The notes beneath the pieces are model-generated. The model did no database searches, was not told the DNA's origin, and saw only the letters and a list, made by a program, of their open reading frames with translations. Both the position numbers and the translations under genes were made by a program. Below, piece after piece: positions 35,101-50,100 of a DNA stretch of 64,000 bases. Source of the DNA: Bilabrum cf. latius (taxonomy: Eukaryota); assembly GCA_965178125.1 (NCBI GenBank), contig OZ237753.1:496001-560000 (forward strand), in the 5' to 3' direction. The number at the start of each line of letters is the position of its first letter. Position 1 is the stretch's first letter.

Positions 35101-38100
35101 GGATCTACTGAGGACGGCGCGTTTCTGATTGCCATCATGGGCGGGTTGGTGCCTAGCCCGAGCCCATCGCCTTCCCCCACACCCACCAGTAGTCCAACAC
35201 CTAGTATCACGGCCTCGACGAGCCCTACCCCTAGTACATCACCAAGTCCCGCTGCAGCCGGTGAGATAGTGCGTGTGACTGAGGTAGGTAGTGGGCTGAG
35301 TGGCTTTCCCTCCGGCCTCGTGGGATCAGGAGATGATCTGGGCTCTCGTTTGCATGGCATCGGCGATCTAGACGGGGATGGCGTGCCCGACCTGGCTGTT
35401 GGAGCGAGGTATAATGACGATGGAAACTCAAACGCTGGGGCCGTGTATGTGGTGTTCCTGCAGTCAGACAGCATGGTGAAGCGCGTGCAGAAGATCTCGT
35501 CGCTCTCTGGTGGGTTGAATGAGACTTTGGCCTCAAGCGGGGAATTCGGAAGGTCGGTGGGCACCCTGGTATAGCCCAATGGAGATGATCCCCACTTGCT
35601 CCGGCTGCTGGTGGGACAGCCGAGAGTAACCATCGGGACTGCATCGGAAGCTGGCCGAATGTGGGTGCTCCGGCTGTGGCCCGATGGCACCGTGGCACAT
35701 GCGCAGCCTATCGATGGCCTGCAGGGCGGGCTGGAGCATACCGACTTCCACGATAATGTTGATAAGCTGTTTGGTCTCTCCTTTGCGGGCGATATCGGAG
35801 ACCTCGATGGGGACCAGCTAAATGACGTGGCGGTGGGAGCGCCTAACGCCAGAGGAGCTGGTAGTGACGATGGTGCTGTTTATGTACTCTTTATGCGCGC
35901 CAACGACACAGCGAAAGGGTATTCAAAGCTATCAAGAGCTAGCACGGATGGGTTGAGCGCCCTAGGATCGAGCTATGTCGGTATTGGACGAAGCCTGACT
36001 GTATTGCCGGTATTTGATCCGAACAGCACAGCGGTTGCGCAGCTGGCAATCGGAGACGTAGCTGCAGAGCGAGTAATTTTGGTCAGCATTGGTAAAGGTG
36101 GGACCGTGACTCCGGAGAGTGATTTAGTGAGGATAGGCCGCGGAGCGGGTGGCTTATCTACAAGCGACGTGTCATCCTCTTCGCAGTTTGGCTCTGACGT
36201 GGAATACCTGGGTACAATAGGTGAATCTGGTCAGCATCTCCTGGCTGTCGGTGCGAGTGAGGACGACTCGGGCGATAACACCAACGGAGGCGCCATCTTC
36301 CTGGTTTTTCTGGATCCGGATGCATCTGATCCGCTTGAGCCTGCCGTGGGCGTGGTGGAGATCAACATTGCCCATCCGCTTATTGACCCTCTGACTGGTG
36401 GTGGTGAGCAGCTGCAGTCGATTGCGCTGCTGGGCGATGTGGACGGCGACGGTCGCAATGATCTGGCGCTGGGCATGCCTAGAGAGACAGTGGAGTCCTC
36501 TGGAGACGGGGCGTTCCTGATCGCGATCATGGGAGGGTCGGTGCCTAGCCCAAGCCCCAGTCCATCTACCACCCCATCGGTGACTCCTTCGCCAACGCCA
36601 ACCCCCTCCCAATCGCCCACGCCGACTGTCACGCCGAGCGCGACGCCCAGCCCTGCGAGTGCCGGGGTCGTGGTGAGCTCATCTTTGATCGCTCAAAACA
36701 TCGGTGGTTTCTAGCCGGCTTCCCTATCGAATGAGGCGTGGTTCGGTAGGAACCCGGTGGGAATAGGAGACATCGACGGAGATGGTGTGCAGGACATTGC
36801 AGTCAGTGCCCCGACGGCGAACAGTCCCAACACAGACTCTGGGGCGGCATGGGTGTTTCTCATGCACCTGAACGGGACGGTCAAGAGCCAGCAGGAAATT
36901 TCTGGGAATGTCGCGGGCATCGGATTTTCGTCATCTAGCAACGCCTGGCTTGGTTGGTCCATTTCTAGACTGGATTAGCCGAGCGGTGATTCCCCGGAGC
37001 TACCGCGCCTGGTTGTCGGGGAACACTCGTACGACGTAGGGTCTGAAAATGCGGGTCGCTTCCACATTTTTCGACTGAATCCAGATGCAACCATCAATCA
37101 CACACAAACCGTTCAGGACGGGGTGGGTGGTCTCCCCGCAGGCACAGCAACAGTCGCAGATAGATTTGCAATCAGTGTTTCTGGCAAGGTCGGCGATGTG
37201 GACGGCGACGGGTACAACGACCTTCTAGTTGGATAGAGGGAGGCAGATCTTGGGGGCACAGGCAGGGGTGCGCTTTTCGTGCTTTTCATGAACGGAGACG
37301 ACACTGTCAGGGCACTAAATCGCATCAGCCAGGCCACAGGGGAGGGTCTGGACGTGCTGTCTCCGTCACTTCCGGAGGTAGCCGCGTCGATTGCAGTGAT
37401 ACCCCCTCGAACTAGCGGCGCTATATCTGATGTCCTGCTGGGCAGCAGCGGAAACAAGGCTATTCTATTCTCTTTGAACAATGCTGGTGATGTCAACAGT
37501 ACTGTGCACGTGATTGCAGACGGTGAAGGTGGCATGCCATCCGGCTCGATTGCGTCCGGGTCTGCCTTTGGTGATCCCGTCGGCTCCCTGGGCGACGTGG
37601 ATGGGGATGACATCGACGATGTCATCGTGTCGGCTAGGGATGATAATACTGGTGGAACAGAAAGTGGCGTGCTGTTCATCCTGTTCATGGCCTCCTTCAA
37701 TAGCAGCGATCCCGTGCGAGACTTCGTCAAGCTGTCCGTACTATCGCCAGGCCTGAGCGGTATAGTTCCCACCGGCGGGAAAATGCGAGCAGGCAGTGAG
37801 AATGTGGACATAGATGGAGACGGGCGCGTGGATCTACTACTTGGCTTTGCAGTCGCAGACACAACCGGCACTGGTCGTGGCGCAATGGCGGTGGCATTCA
37901 TGGGCGGGCTAGTGGCGAGCGCAAGTCCCACTCCATCTGTGACACCGTCTATCTCGCCCACGCCCTCGCCTTCAGCCTCGCCTGCTGGACCAGGGGTAGT
38001 TCGGAGCGCGGTAAGAATTGCGCACGGGGAAGGAGGCGCCGGTGCACCTTCATTTGAGAACTTTGACTTCTTCGGGCACGCTATTTCGGCTGTAGGTGAC

Positions 38101-41100
38101 ATAAATGGCGATGGGACTCCAGATGTTGCCGTGAGTGCTCGCGGTGGCGACGACGGCGCGGCAGACTCTGGTTCACTGTGGGTGTTGCTGATGAATAGCG
38201 ACGGTACGGTTTCGTCGTCGTAGGAGCTATCCAGTACGCAGGGTGGTGCTAGCTTTACGGCTGCTACAGGAAACGATTTTGGTGTTGCTGTTTCAATGCT
38301 TTTGTGCAGCCCGAAGGCAGCCGTGTGTTTTCCTCGGCTGGTAGTAGGCGATCCCGGGCACATTGGAGGCGGTCGTGTGTTCATTTTTAGAATGAATTCT
38401 GACGCCACAGTGGATGCCACTTTTGTAATCGAGAACGGGGTGGGCGGACTGCCGCCAGATACGAACACTGCAGACAATTATTTTGGCGGCGCTGTGAGTG
38501 GGCTTGTCGGAGATGTTGATAACGATGGCTACAGCGACGTGCTAGTATCCGCAAGCTATGCTGACGATGGAGGAACAGATCTTGGTGCTCTGTTTGTGCT
38601 GCTAATGAAAGGCGATAATAGTGTGCGGGAGGTGAATCGCATTAGCCAGGCCAGCGGGAAGGGCCTGGACGGACTGTCACCGACTCGGCCACTGCTAGGT
38701 CAGTCGATATGCGTACTACCGCCTCGATCTGATGGTGCTGTAGCGGATGTGCTGCTTGGGTCAGGGCCGCAAGAAGTAATTGTTGTTTTTTCGCTAATTT
38801 CTAACGCTACGGTGTATGGTTCTGTACACGTCATCGGAGACGGGCTGGGGGGCATGCCCAGCGAGTCCATTTCTAGCGGTTCTGGCTTCGCGGAGGTAAT
38901 CGGTGCCGGTGGAGACGCAAATGGCGACGGGATTGTTGATATGGTTGTTGGTGCTCCGTATGATGATGATGGCGGCCTGGACAGCGGCGCAGTGTATATC
39001 CTGTACATGGCTGCGCACAACGCTACTGACCCTGTGCGTGAATACACCAAGCTGACAAGGCTAACAACGGGCCTGAGCGGGGTGGTGCAGGTCACAGGGC
39101 ACATGAGATCAGCAACACACAATGCAGACATTGATGGAGATGGCCGCATAGATCTAGTGCTGGGTATTCCCTTGGATGATACGGTCGGGACTGATCGCGG
39201 GGCAGCTGTAGTGGTGTTCATGGGGGGCTCCGTTGCTAGTTCTAGCCCGACCCCTAGTGTGACCCCGTCTGTAACTCCATCCGTCACGCCTTCAACCAGC
39301 CCAGTCGCTGCCGGCGATGTCGTCCGGTCTGTCGCCATTCGAGACGGCCAGGCCGGGCTGCCTTCAGGTGTGCACTTGGGATGGGACTATTTCGGGGACG
39401 GTGTGGCGAGCCTGGGTGATCTTGATCAAGACGGCATGCCTGACATCGCTGTCGGTGCACCGGGGACAGGCATGGATGCCGTTGACAACTTAGGTACTGT
39501 GTTTGTGCTGTATCTGCACCGGAACGGGACGGTAAAGAGTCATGTTGAGATTGGGGCTGGCCAGGAATCGAGCGGGTTTGACTTCGAGCCCAGTGAACTT
39601 GGGGAGGGATGGTTCGGTGCAAACCTGGTGGCGATGGATCAACCAGCTGGGGACGAGGGCCAGCTGGTGCGGCTGGTGGTGGGTCAGCCACAATTCGACA
39701 GTGCATCGGTGAATGCTGGCCGGATCTGGGTGCTACGACTGCTTCCCAATGCGACAGTGGCGCATCACCAGCGGATCGGTCAGGGAGAGGGCGGCTTGCC
39801 ATCCTCGCTGTTTGAGCCGGCATCGCTGTTTGGCGAGGGCCTCGCTACTCTTGGGGACGTGGATGGGGATGCGCTGAATGACTTGGCCGTAGGAATGCAT
39901 TTGGACGATGCGGCTGGATTGAACGATGGCAGTGTTCACATCCTGCTGATGGCTGCAGATGACACGGTGAGGTCTCACTCACGGATCAGCCGGGCTGCAG
40001 GCGAGGGCTTGCAGGGCCTGTCTCTGTCTCATCAGTTTCTTGGGTAGGCTGTTGCTGCGCTGTCTCCTGCTGGGACTAGTGCAGGCCCCGTGGACATTGC
40101 CATGTCGCTTCCTCCGTCCGACATGATCGTGCTGCTTCCACTCAACAGCAGTGGATAGGCAGGCGGCAATTGGTCGGTGATTGCAGATGGACGAGGAGGC
40201 GTGCCGGCTAACACGATTGCAGTTGACTCAAAGTTCGGTATTAGCATGGCAAGCATCGGGGACATCAACGGTGACGGGCATGAGGACCTGGCCGTGGGGG
40301 CCAATGAGGACAGCACGAATAACTACAAGCAGGGTTCTTTGTTCCTGCTGTTTCTGGACCGCCGCAATGTCACCTTGGAGCCAGTGGTGGGCATCAGTCG
40401 TCTTGGGAGCAGCTCAAGTGGCCTGGGGAGTGGAATCGTGACTACGGGTATGAGATTTGGGTCTGGCATTGCAAACGTGGGCGATCTGGATGGAGACGGC
40501 ACAACTGATTTGGTTGTAGGCGGCCAATCCGGGGGCACGCAGTTTGCAGGTGCGGTGGTGGTGATGTTCATGGGGGGCGTGCAGCCGTCTGTGAGCCCAA
40601 CTCCGAGCACCACTCCATCATCTTCCCCGAGTCTCTCGCCAACGCCAAGCATCACAGCATCAGGCACCCCTGAGCCTACGACTACCGCGACAGCAACTCC
40701 GACATCCAGCGAGACACCATCTCCAACTCCCAGTCACACTCCCACTCCCACTTCTACCGCGAGCCCGTCAAGCAGTCCGACGTCTGGCACCACTCCATCC
40801 GTGTCCCCGACAGCCTCCAGCACGCCCAGTCCTGCTGCACCCGGGACCGTGCTCGGTCAGCAAACGATCGGCGGATCCACGGGCGGCGCCCCGTCTACTG
40901 TGGCTGTGGTACAGGGCGCCTTTGGGTCTTCCATGGCGAACCTCGGGGACATCGATGGGGATGGTGTGGAGGACCTTGCTGTGTCTGCTACTGGGACTGG
41001 GACTGAGTCTCCTGGCTTGGTGGCGGTGTTCCGCATGGCGGCCAACGGAACCGTCAAAGCGAGCTTCGTGATGGACTCGGACTCTGGCTTGCTGGGCTTG

Positions 41101-44100
41101 TCGGGTGACACTGGGGTGACGATGGAGGGTGCCCGGCTGGGAGCAATACGGCAGCCGCTGGGCGATGATCCCGATCTGGTGCGTCTGCTTGTTGGCCAAC
41201 CCAAGGGAGGCACGGCCAACCCTGAAGGCAGGCTGTGGGTGGTTCGACTGCAGCCGAATGGTATGCACAAGAGCCATGTGATCATCGGGGCTGACGGCGA
41301 GGGCGGCTTTGAAGGCTTTGCGGATGCACTGACATCGCTGGGCGGTGGCGTGACTGGCGATGCAGGGGATGTGGATGGTGATGGGCTGCATGACATAGTG
41401 CTGGGCGGGCCTGGGTACCGGCTGATCTACGTCTTGTTCATGCGCGCGAATGACACTGTGCGCTCCTTTACTCGACTGAGCCCAGCAGCGGGGGAGGGCT
41501 TCGATGCACCTGGGCTGCCGCTTCTGAGTCTGGGCACATCCATGTCAGCGCTGCCTCCTTTCGATGGGGCGGGCCCTGTGGATCTGGTGCTGGGCGCGCC
41601 TGGGAGCGATGCTGTGTTGCTGGCTCCCCTGGGTCGGGATGGGGCGTTGAGGACTGACGGGGACGCACGCATCGTGCAGATCTCGAATGGGAAGGGAGGA
41701 GTGTAGGACGGCTCTGTGTCGCAAGGGTCGTTCTTCGGCTTCGCCGTGCAGTCTGCTGGTGACATGGATGGTGATGGCCAGTACGACCTGGCTGTGGGGG
41801 CTCCATTGGATGCAGGAGGGGGCACGGACAGAGGCGTGGTATATTTGCTGTTTCTGGATCGGTCCAATGGCACAACAGTGCCTGTACAGAGTCACCAGGT
41901 GATAGGCAGTGCGACATCTGGATTCCTGTCTCGGCTGGTGTCCGACTTCGATACGTTCGGAGCCTCGGTGGCGGTGATGCCTGACCTGAATGGGGATGGA
42001 CGGAGCGACCTGGTGATCGGCCGGCCGGGCTCCACGGTAGGCGCGCAGTTCAGCGGATCAGTGGAGGTGGTGTTCCTGAGCGCAGCCTTTCCAAGCGCCA
42101 CACCATCTGCATCGCCATCAGTCTCTATCACAGCCAGTCCATCGGCCTCCAGCTCATAGTCAGTACAACCATCCAGCACGCCTAGCAGTACGCCAGGACC
42201 AGATCCGATAGTTTCAGCATCTGTGACATCTGGCTCATATCTGCTGGACTACTGCGATGGCATGGTAGAGTTGTCGGCTACAGGCAGCAGGGTGGTGGCC
42301 CATGGCAGCGGGCAAGGCTTGCGGTACGAATGGTTCGTGGGCGTGCATCCCAGCTCGCCAGATGCGGGGTCTGCAGATGTGCGGCTAGCCGTGGCTCGGC
42401 TGGCATCTGTACTGCAAGGCCTTGCATCTGTGCCGAGCTTTGCGAGCAGTGATGCACTGGTGCTGCCAGTAGTGGCCGCATCGGACGCAAGCCAGCGCAA
42501 CTTGCAGGCAGCACAGGCGCTGGATGCTTCTTTGCTGGCACTGCCACGAGTGGGCCTGGGGCAGCGTGTGGTGTTCGAGGTCAAGCTGCGTGCAAGGGAC
42601 GCGAGTCGGGGATTGGACTCGAGCAGCCCCCTTGGGATCAGCACTCGGGGCAGCATTGCGTCCTTGGCTGTGACGAGCGTAGGTGCGCCTCGACCAGTGC
42701 TGACCCCGCGCAATACTAGTGCTGTTGTGGCAGGCCGCACACAGAAGCTGTAGCTTGGGCCCCAGCCTGAGATGTGCGGATCTACGGGAGCGCAAGTGCC
42801 TGCTGGGAGCCGACTAGCGCTTGCATTCGACTGGGTGCAAGTGGCCTCTGTGCAGGACAGGGCGCTGGCTCTGGATCCGTCAAGGCTGGTATCTGTCGGG
42901 TCTGGATCGCTTGTATCACGGTCAGTGGTAAGAGGATACACGGATGTGACCTCTTACTTGACTGGTGTGCAGGATGGGCTAGGGCAGCCTTCCTCCAGCC
43001 CCATGCCGTCAAGCACTCCGAGCGCTCCTGGTGGGTAGGTCGGTGGTCTTGGCGGCCCCGGCTTCGATGATCCCATCAATGGTCCTAACACTAGAGTCCG
43101 AAGGTCTCGAACGCTCATGCAGAGCTGGTGGGATGCCATGTTTGGTACCGTTGAGGATGAAGACGCTGAAGAGTGGTCCATGAATCATGGATGTGTTGGC
43201 CAAGAGTACTGCGGCTGGGGTAGTGATGATGAATTCGGGAGTGGTGATTCACTGGTTCGACAGCCCAGCCTTCGTGATCAAATCGAGAAGGCTGGCATCG
43301 CAGCATCAGAGCTCTCTGGCCGCTGGCTATCTGCAGGATCTGACACAGCACGCACGGTTCCAGCCACAGCTGCCCAGCCATCTCGAAGGCTGGCTTCCCT
43401 TCGAGCCACTGCCCCATTCGCTGCATTCGATGTATCGAACGCCCGTGAGGATGTGGATGTACTGGGAGGCCGGGGTGCAGCCCACGATCTGTCCGCCAGT
43501 GCTTGGTTCCGTCGGTTGTCTCGAGGTGAGTCCTCGCTCGGAAGCGCCAGCTTGACCATCCCTGCCTTCGCGCTGCGGGTGCGGCACGGGTACTTGTTCG
43601 CAGTGAGGGCCACCCCTGTGCTTGTGGGTGCAGATGGGGCTGTGTAGAATGTGCTGGGCTCTGGAGAGCAGCTGGCTGAGGGTTGGAGCCTGATAGGTGT
43701 GGGTATTCGCAGATCTCAGCTGCGGATGGGCGTGAGTGGCGGAGACAGGACGGTGTCATCTGAGCTGGGCTTCAGTATGGGCGCTGGGGCGGGGCGAGGT
43801 GCCAGCACAGGCGTGGATCCTGACTTCGATACTACTGGCACTGCGCTTGATCCTGGGTATGATGTGGAGAGACAGACACCCATCCAGGTGTACCAGTGGT
43901 CGTGCGTTGCCACACCGAGTGGAGGCACGACATAGACGGCCTGTCCCGAGCTGGTGCCGGGCAATGGCTAGCCCACGACTGTGGCTTCGATTCAGATGTC
44001 GACTGCGACGGCTGCGTCGTTCGCAGGTCAGCGGCTGGTACTGTCGGTGAATGCATCATCAGGCTTGGTGACTCTGAACGAGACAGGCAGGCGAGAGCTG

Positions 44101-47100
44101 CACGCCACGACTCGCATGCTGCAATCACAGGCTCTGGCATCATCTATCGATGCAGCGACTCTGGTCACGAGCCAGACTAGCAGTCGGGTCACGGTGGCAC
44201 TGCCGGGTCTGCCCTCAGTCGAGGTGAACGCGTTGCGGACGAGACTGACTCGGCTGTCGGCAGAAGGAGGCAACACGGTGGTATCGCCATCCGTGAAGAC
44301 CGTGCTGGATGCAGTGGTGAATGGTATTGCCCCTCAGGATGCGAGGATCTCCGTGCAGGAAGAGGGCCTGACCCTGCTGTGGACGCAAGTGAGCGGGCCT
44401 GGGATTCCGGGGCTGCGACAGATGAACTCGACTGTGGCAGCTCCTGGCGGCGGTGCGATCCTGACGTCACCAACGGCCCGCAGCATGGTGCTGCGAGCGG
44501 GCGTGCTGCAGGCGGGAGCCACGTACACGTTCCGCGTGGAGTCCTCGCTGGCATCTGTGAGTGCCGAGCTGCTAGAATCTGGAGACGCGACCGTGTCCGC
44601 CGATATCACCCTTGTTGTGAACACCCCACCGCGGCCGGGTCAGGTTGAGTTGAATGGCCTGGTGGGATCCAACCGGACCATCCCGCGCGCCTTGCTGGAC
44701 ACGGTGCGTGTATCCACAGATGGATGGATCGATGCAGCGGAAGACTTCCCGCTCGAGTTCTCCTTCTTTGTGGACACCCTGGGACTGGTGGGACAGAGGG
44801 ATGCTTTCACGGCTGTGGTGTCGCCTAGCGAGATCGCGTCCATCTTGTCTAGAGCTGGCGTGATTCCGCTGCGTGGTGCCGGGCTGGAGTCGCAGCTGTC
44901 CTCAGTGCTGCCTTCGGGTCCCACTGTCGCGGGACAGCCGCCTGTGAACATGACCATCATCGCCACTGCCAGGGACCCCTCAGGTGCGCTGGGCCTGGCT
45001 GCGACGCAGATCCAGGTAGCACCGGCGCTGGACGAGTCCGAGCTGAGGAACAGCAGCGTGGTGACGAGTGCAGCGACAGATCGGCTCAACGAGGCCATCA
45101 ACAGCGCGGCATCGAGCGACCCGGGCAAGGCGCTTGTGCTGGCCGGGGCATCTGCTGGGCTGCTGAACTCGCTGGACACGAATGACACGTCGGCACAAGA
45201 GGAGGCGTCTGGCATCCGGGATCAGGTGCTGGGGCTTGTGGCAACTGTGGCTGAGACTGTGGATGTCACGGGCGAGAACATGCAGCTGGCCGCGGAGACT
45301 GCATCCTCGGCGCTGTCCACTGCCAACGCCACGACCGAGAACCAGCTCGGATCAGCGCTGAACGCCACGGAGCTGCTGCTGACTCGCCGGCTGCAGGAGG
45401 GCGACCCTGATGAGCCCTTGGACGACGGGCCGGCAGGGTCGCTGCTGCAGTCGTTGCGCGTGGCGTCGAATGCGGGAGCATCGCTGGGCGGTGGTGAGGC
45501 AGTGGCGGGCGGGGAGCGCATGTCAGACTCGTCAGGACTACTTGGTCAAGCAATGCTGCGTGGGTCGGTCCCCGGCGAGGAGCAGCGCGTGCTGACATCT
45601 GAGAGCGGGGACGGCAGCGGGATCTCGCTTGAGATGGTGGCGGGCCGTCTGGACGTGCTCGGCCTAGACACCGCAAATGTGTCGGTGGTGGCGGGCGGGG
45701 CAGATGTGTTGGGCCTGGTGGCCATCGGCAATGGGTCGGCTGCGGACTTCCGCACGTTGGCACAGCGGTATTGCAACCGGGCTGCTGGTGCGCTGGTGGG
45801 CGAGGCTGCATCCGGTGGGAATGTATCCGACAACAGCAGTACGGGTGCGACATTCGGCGTGGCACTGGTGGATCAAAGCGGCGGCGGGAGGCGGCGCATC
45901 TTGCAAGAGTCTGGCGAGGACCTGTTTGGCGGTGTGGATGCCACGGCCATGGAGTGGAAGACGGATGGCAGCGGGGTGCGGTCGCCGCATCCGACAGAGT
46001 AGGTGGATCTGCTGTCCACGCACGATGTGGGTGGAACGGATGAGAACGCCACTGTGGGCGCGGCAGTGAACCAGACAGGCGCTGACCTAGTGGAGACGAA
46101 CCGCACGTCGATCTCCACGACCGAGTCAGTGGGCGGGGGGCTGGGATCCACAGTGTCGATCGACCTGAAGGCGGCTTCGTCGGGCGGGTCTGTCGGCTTC
46201 TCCTCCGATGCGCTTGAGGTGTGCGTATTCGTGCCCAAGGCGCCTGCACCGCCTGTGCCCGATGCGCTGGTGGGCCAGGAGCTGCCTGTGGTGGCCCTGG
46301 ATGGAGACACGGGCGGGGAGCAAGCGTTCCCGAACCCGCGCGTGGAGGAGTCGGCAATCAACCTGACGCTGCCGCAGTCGTGCAGCGAGCCGCTGCTCGA
46401 GAATCAGACAGAGCAGGTGTTCGAGGTGCAGCAGGGCCTGACAGCTGCTGCATGCATCTACTGGAATCCTGATGAAGCGGCATGGCGGTCGGACGGGTGC
46501 CAGGCAGTGGCTCTGCTGGAAGGAGGCACGGTGTGTCGATGCACGCACCTGACGGACTTCGCGTCTCGCGTGGAGCTGTTGCTGCAGTCGAACAAGGAGG
46601 TGTTTGCGGTGGGCTCGCGGCCCATCACGGCAGCTGATGTGCTGGCCAATCCTGAGACGTTCATCGCCATCGGGGCCATGAGTCTGGGCGTGATCATCGC
46701 GGCTGTGGGCACGATCTGGATCGAGCAGCGAGACCGGATCCGGTTCTCTCGGCGCCTGGTGCGGGACCCCGAGATCGCTGTGGTGCGCGACATGGTGCGG
46801 CTGGAGGGCACGGCGGAGCTGCTGGGGAGCAGCCTACGCAAGTGGGAGCGGGAGGTGCTGTCCACGACGGCCGAGCGGGGAGGCAAGCCGCTGGACCGGA
46901 AGGGGGAGAACGCGGCGCATGCACAGTTGGACGAGGCACTGCGGTTCGGGAGCCAGGCCCTGGCTGCAATCAGCGGGTCAAGCGTTGCAGCCGAGCCTGA
47001 TGCCGGCAGCAAGGGCCAGGACGGGAAGGAGCTGAGCGGGCTACGGCCCCGCGTGCAGCGCCAGATGCGTCGGAACAAGGTGTCGAAAAGAAGCATCCCG

Positions 47101-50100
47101 CTGTTCGAGCTGTTCATCCCGGGCACGCGCGCCTTCCTGGAGCAAGAGATCCTGGCTCGGGCCACGGACAAGGCCGAGGCACAAGCGAGGGACGGGTGGT
47201 GCTACTGCTGCTTCGAGTGGTGCTGCAGTGTGAAGGACCTGTAGGTCGAGAGTGAATACAAGAGTGACGATGATGGCAGCACGGCCTATGGCAACCTGTC
47301 TGTGGCCGGCGACAGTCTGCAGGGCATGTACAAGGGCGTGGTGGAGGAAGGCAAGGACAGTCCTGAAGGCAGCCTAGGCAACCACGCCCTGGTGTCTGCG
47401 CGTGGGAACAGGAGGAAGCGGGCCGGGTCAAGCAAGTCCAGGGCGGCGGTACGCAAGCCACCGAGTAGCCGTATCCGCAAGAGTGGGTACTCGGCTGCAG
47501 AGCTGTCTGCGATGAGTCCGTGCTACCGCGCATGGGTGCTGCGGTGCGACTTGCTGTCCCTATGGTGCGCGCGGCTGCCGTACGAGCACATTCTGCTTGC
47601 CGCATTCTTCCGCTTCAACTATCAGCAGGACCGCATCATGCGGCTGGGCCAGCTGCTGGCTGTGATCTTCATCGGGATGTTTGCCACGGCGTTCTTCTAC
47701 AGCATCACGGGGGCGGACTACTCCGGCATTGACGAGGACTGTGACGGCGAGGATGACTTTGCGCCCCTGGCTCTATGGGAGCAAGCAGTGTTTGCGGTGG
47801 CTGCATCGCTGCTGCAGCTGCCAGCTGGGATCCTGTTGACTGTGCTGTTTGGGATGTCCGGCGATGCATGTTTTTTGTGGCGGTACTTTCCGATTTGGCG
47901 CGAGCTGTAGCTGCGGTCTGTGGCTGAGGTGCACCTGGGCTCCAAGGTGGGCGATTTGAGGAGGAAGCTGCAGGTGCTGCAGACGTCTCTGGCGAACTGG
48001 CTGGAGACCACAGAGGAGCCGGTGGGCAGCGATGACTTCGATCAGCTGCGCACGGTGGGAGAGCTGCTGGGCGACGAGAACACGGAGAAGCTGATTGACG
48101 ATGTGATGGAAGGCAGACTGGCAAGAGGCAGCAAGCGGCTGGCAGCGGCTACCACATTCACGCTGGATGGCAAGCAGGCTGATCTAGTGGCAGACTCGCC
48201 AAGACGTGATGGCTCTAATATTGCAATGGCAGCATTGCATGATACGAAGCGAGTGACGGCCTTGCGTTCTCGCCGCACTGCCACCCGGTTGAAGCTGATC
48301 CGCGCCCTCCGCGACTATGGCGACTTCTTGGTGTAGGCGAGCCGGAGCGAGCTGGGGTGCATAGGGTACATCTGGTCCTGCAGATGCGCCGAGCTGCCGT
48401 GTTGCATCAGCGAGGCCCGTACACTTGCCCAGGCCGAGCATGAGAGGCTGGTAGCCGCTTTGACTGCTGAGCTGGCCATCAGCAAGACGCAGGGCGCCAA
48501 GGACGACCTGAAGACTGCACGGGCGCTGGGACGGCGGGCGCTGCGCGAGGTGGCAGATGCATCCAGTCAGCCCAATGTGTTCTGGTTCCTGCCTGTGGAA
48601 GTGCTGCCTGACATCTTCAACCCGGTGTCGCTGGGGTGGAAGAAGGCTCCGCGCACGTGCCAGATGTGCTGCCCGTGCATGGTGTGGTGCATGAACCGCT
48701 TGCCGGCGCAAAAGCCCTTGTTTCTGATCCAGCAGATGGCGGCTGATGGCCGTCCATATGGGTGCTGCCACACTCGTCGGGACATGCGATCTGACCCCAC
48801 GCTGCAATGGGTGGACCTGATGCGAGCCGATGCGGAAGCGAATGAATTGCCGTGGGAAAGGAAGCAGAGAGATCGAGAGAGTGCCGGCAGCTCAGGGGGC
48901 AGCTAGGGCACTGGCGTCGATGGCTTTGACCCTGTTGCCCCGATGCCAGGGAATGATGATCGTCGCTCTGATGGCATGTCTGCAGATTCGGTGCCTGTGG
49001 ATGTGCCGATGGTCCGGGCGAATGGAGCCATTCGGAAGGCAGTGCAGAACACGCGATACTGCGTGTGGTGCGACTGCTGCGAGTGCGGGCCCTTGGACTC
49101 GCTGCGGTGCGTGTGCTCTGTGGAGCGACCAGCACTGCGCGGCACTGTCGACGTCCAGCGCGAGCAGCGTGGCTCGAAGGTGGATGAGCTGACAACGCAG
49201 CTGCAGACCGCAGATGGGCAGCAAGCAATGCTTTCTGACAGAGAAGCCAAAGAAGGTGCCATTGCAGCCGACGCTGCTATGTCGGGTGTTTCCGATCCTT
49301 TGCATCAGCGCATGGCAGCGATCTACGAGCGGCACGAGAAGGATGCGCGCTAGGCGACAGAGACAGAAGTATATGATGCTGACCAGGTCCGCTTTCGGCG
49401 GCGTAAAACACCATCTGTTAAGCATCATTCATTGCAATCCAATCGAATTGGGGGATACACTGGTGGGTACTCGAGCAGCGATTCTGACTCAGACGATAAT
49501 AGGACAGGTGCTGCAAGCGCAACGCAGCAAGACCAAGAGCAACTGGGTATAGACAGTCGGTTGCGATAGACCGTCGATGGGTATGACGATCTGCCCGAAG
49601 CTGACAAGGCAGACTACAGATCAGCGCTGGCCATCGTGCTGTCAGGATTCCGAGGCAACACCAAGCAATCCACGTCCAATGGGGCACGACGAGGCTCTAA
49701 TGAAAGAGGGGCGATGTCGTTCGCCAGAGGTAGAGGTGAAAGCAACCGTGACTCGGGTGTTGGGATGTCAATGGGATTGCAGCAGCTGCTGGACGACACG
49801 CTGGGCGACGAGGGGATGCGGGCCGCAGTGCGGGGCACCCTGCTGCAGGAGGACGGCGCATGTTCCACGGCTTTCATGTACTCAGCAATCTCCTTCGTGC
49901 TGCTGGCCGCACTGCTGTCGTTCGTGCTGTGGTTCATCCTGGCGTTCGGGCTGACTCGGGGGCGGGCCGTGATCAGCGAGTTTATGGTGACGTTCTGGAC
50001 CTCCCAGGCCATCACGTTTCTGGTGACGCAGCCGCTGGTGGTGTTCGCGGCAATCGCGTGGGCCACTACGTTTGGGCCAGTGATGGGCAAGCAGTGCTCG

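Noticed and set aside
32185-42100. Calling the giant genes true integrin alpha subunits or bacterial contamination
   Set aside because: There are no recognisable thigh/calf domains or GFFKR tail. They share the TAG code with neighbouring intron-containing genes, and copy 1 carries eukaryotic GPS and polycystin-like parts.
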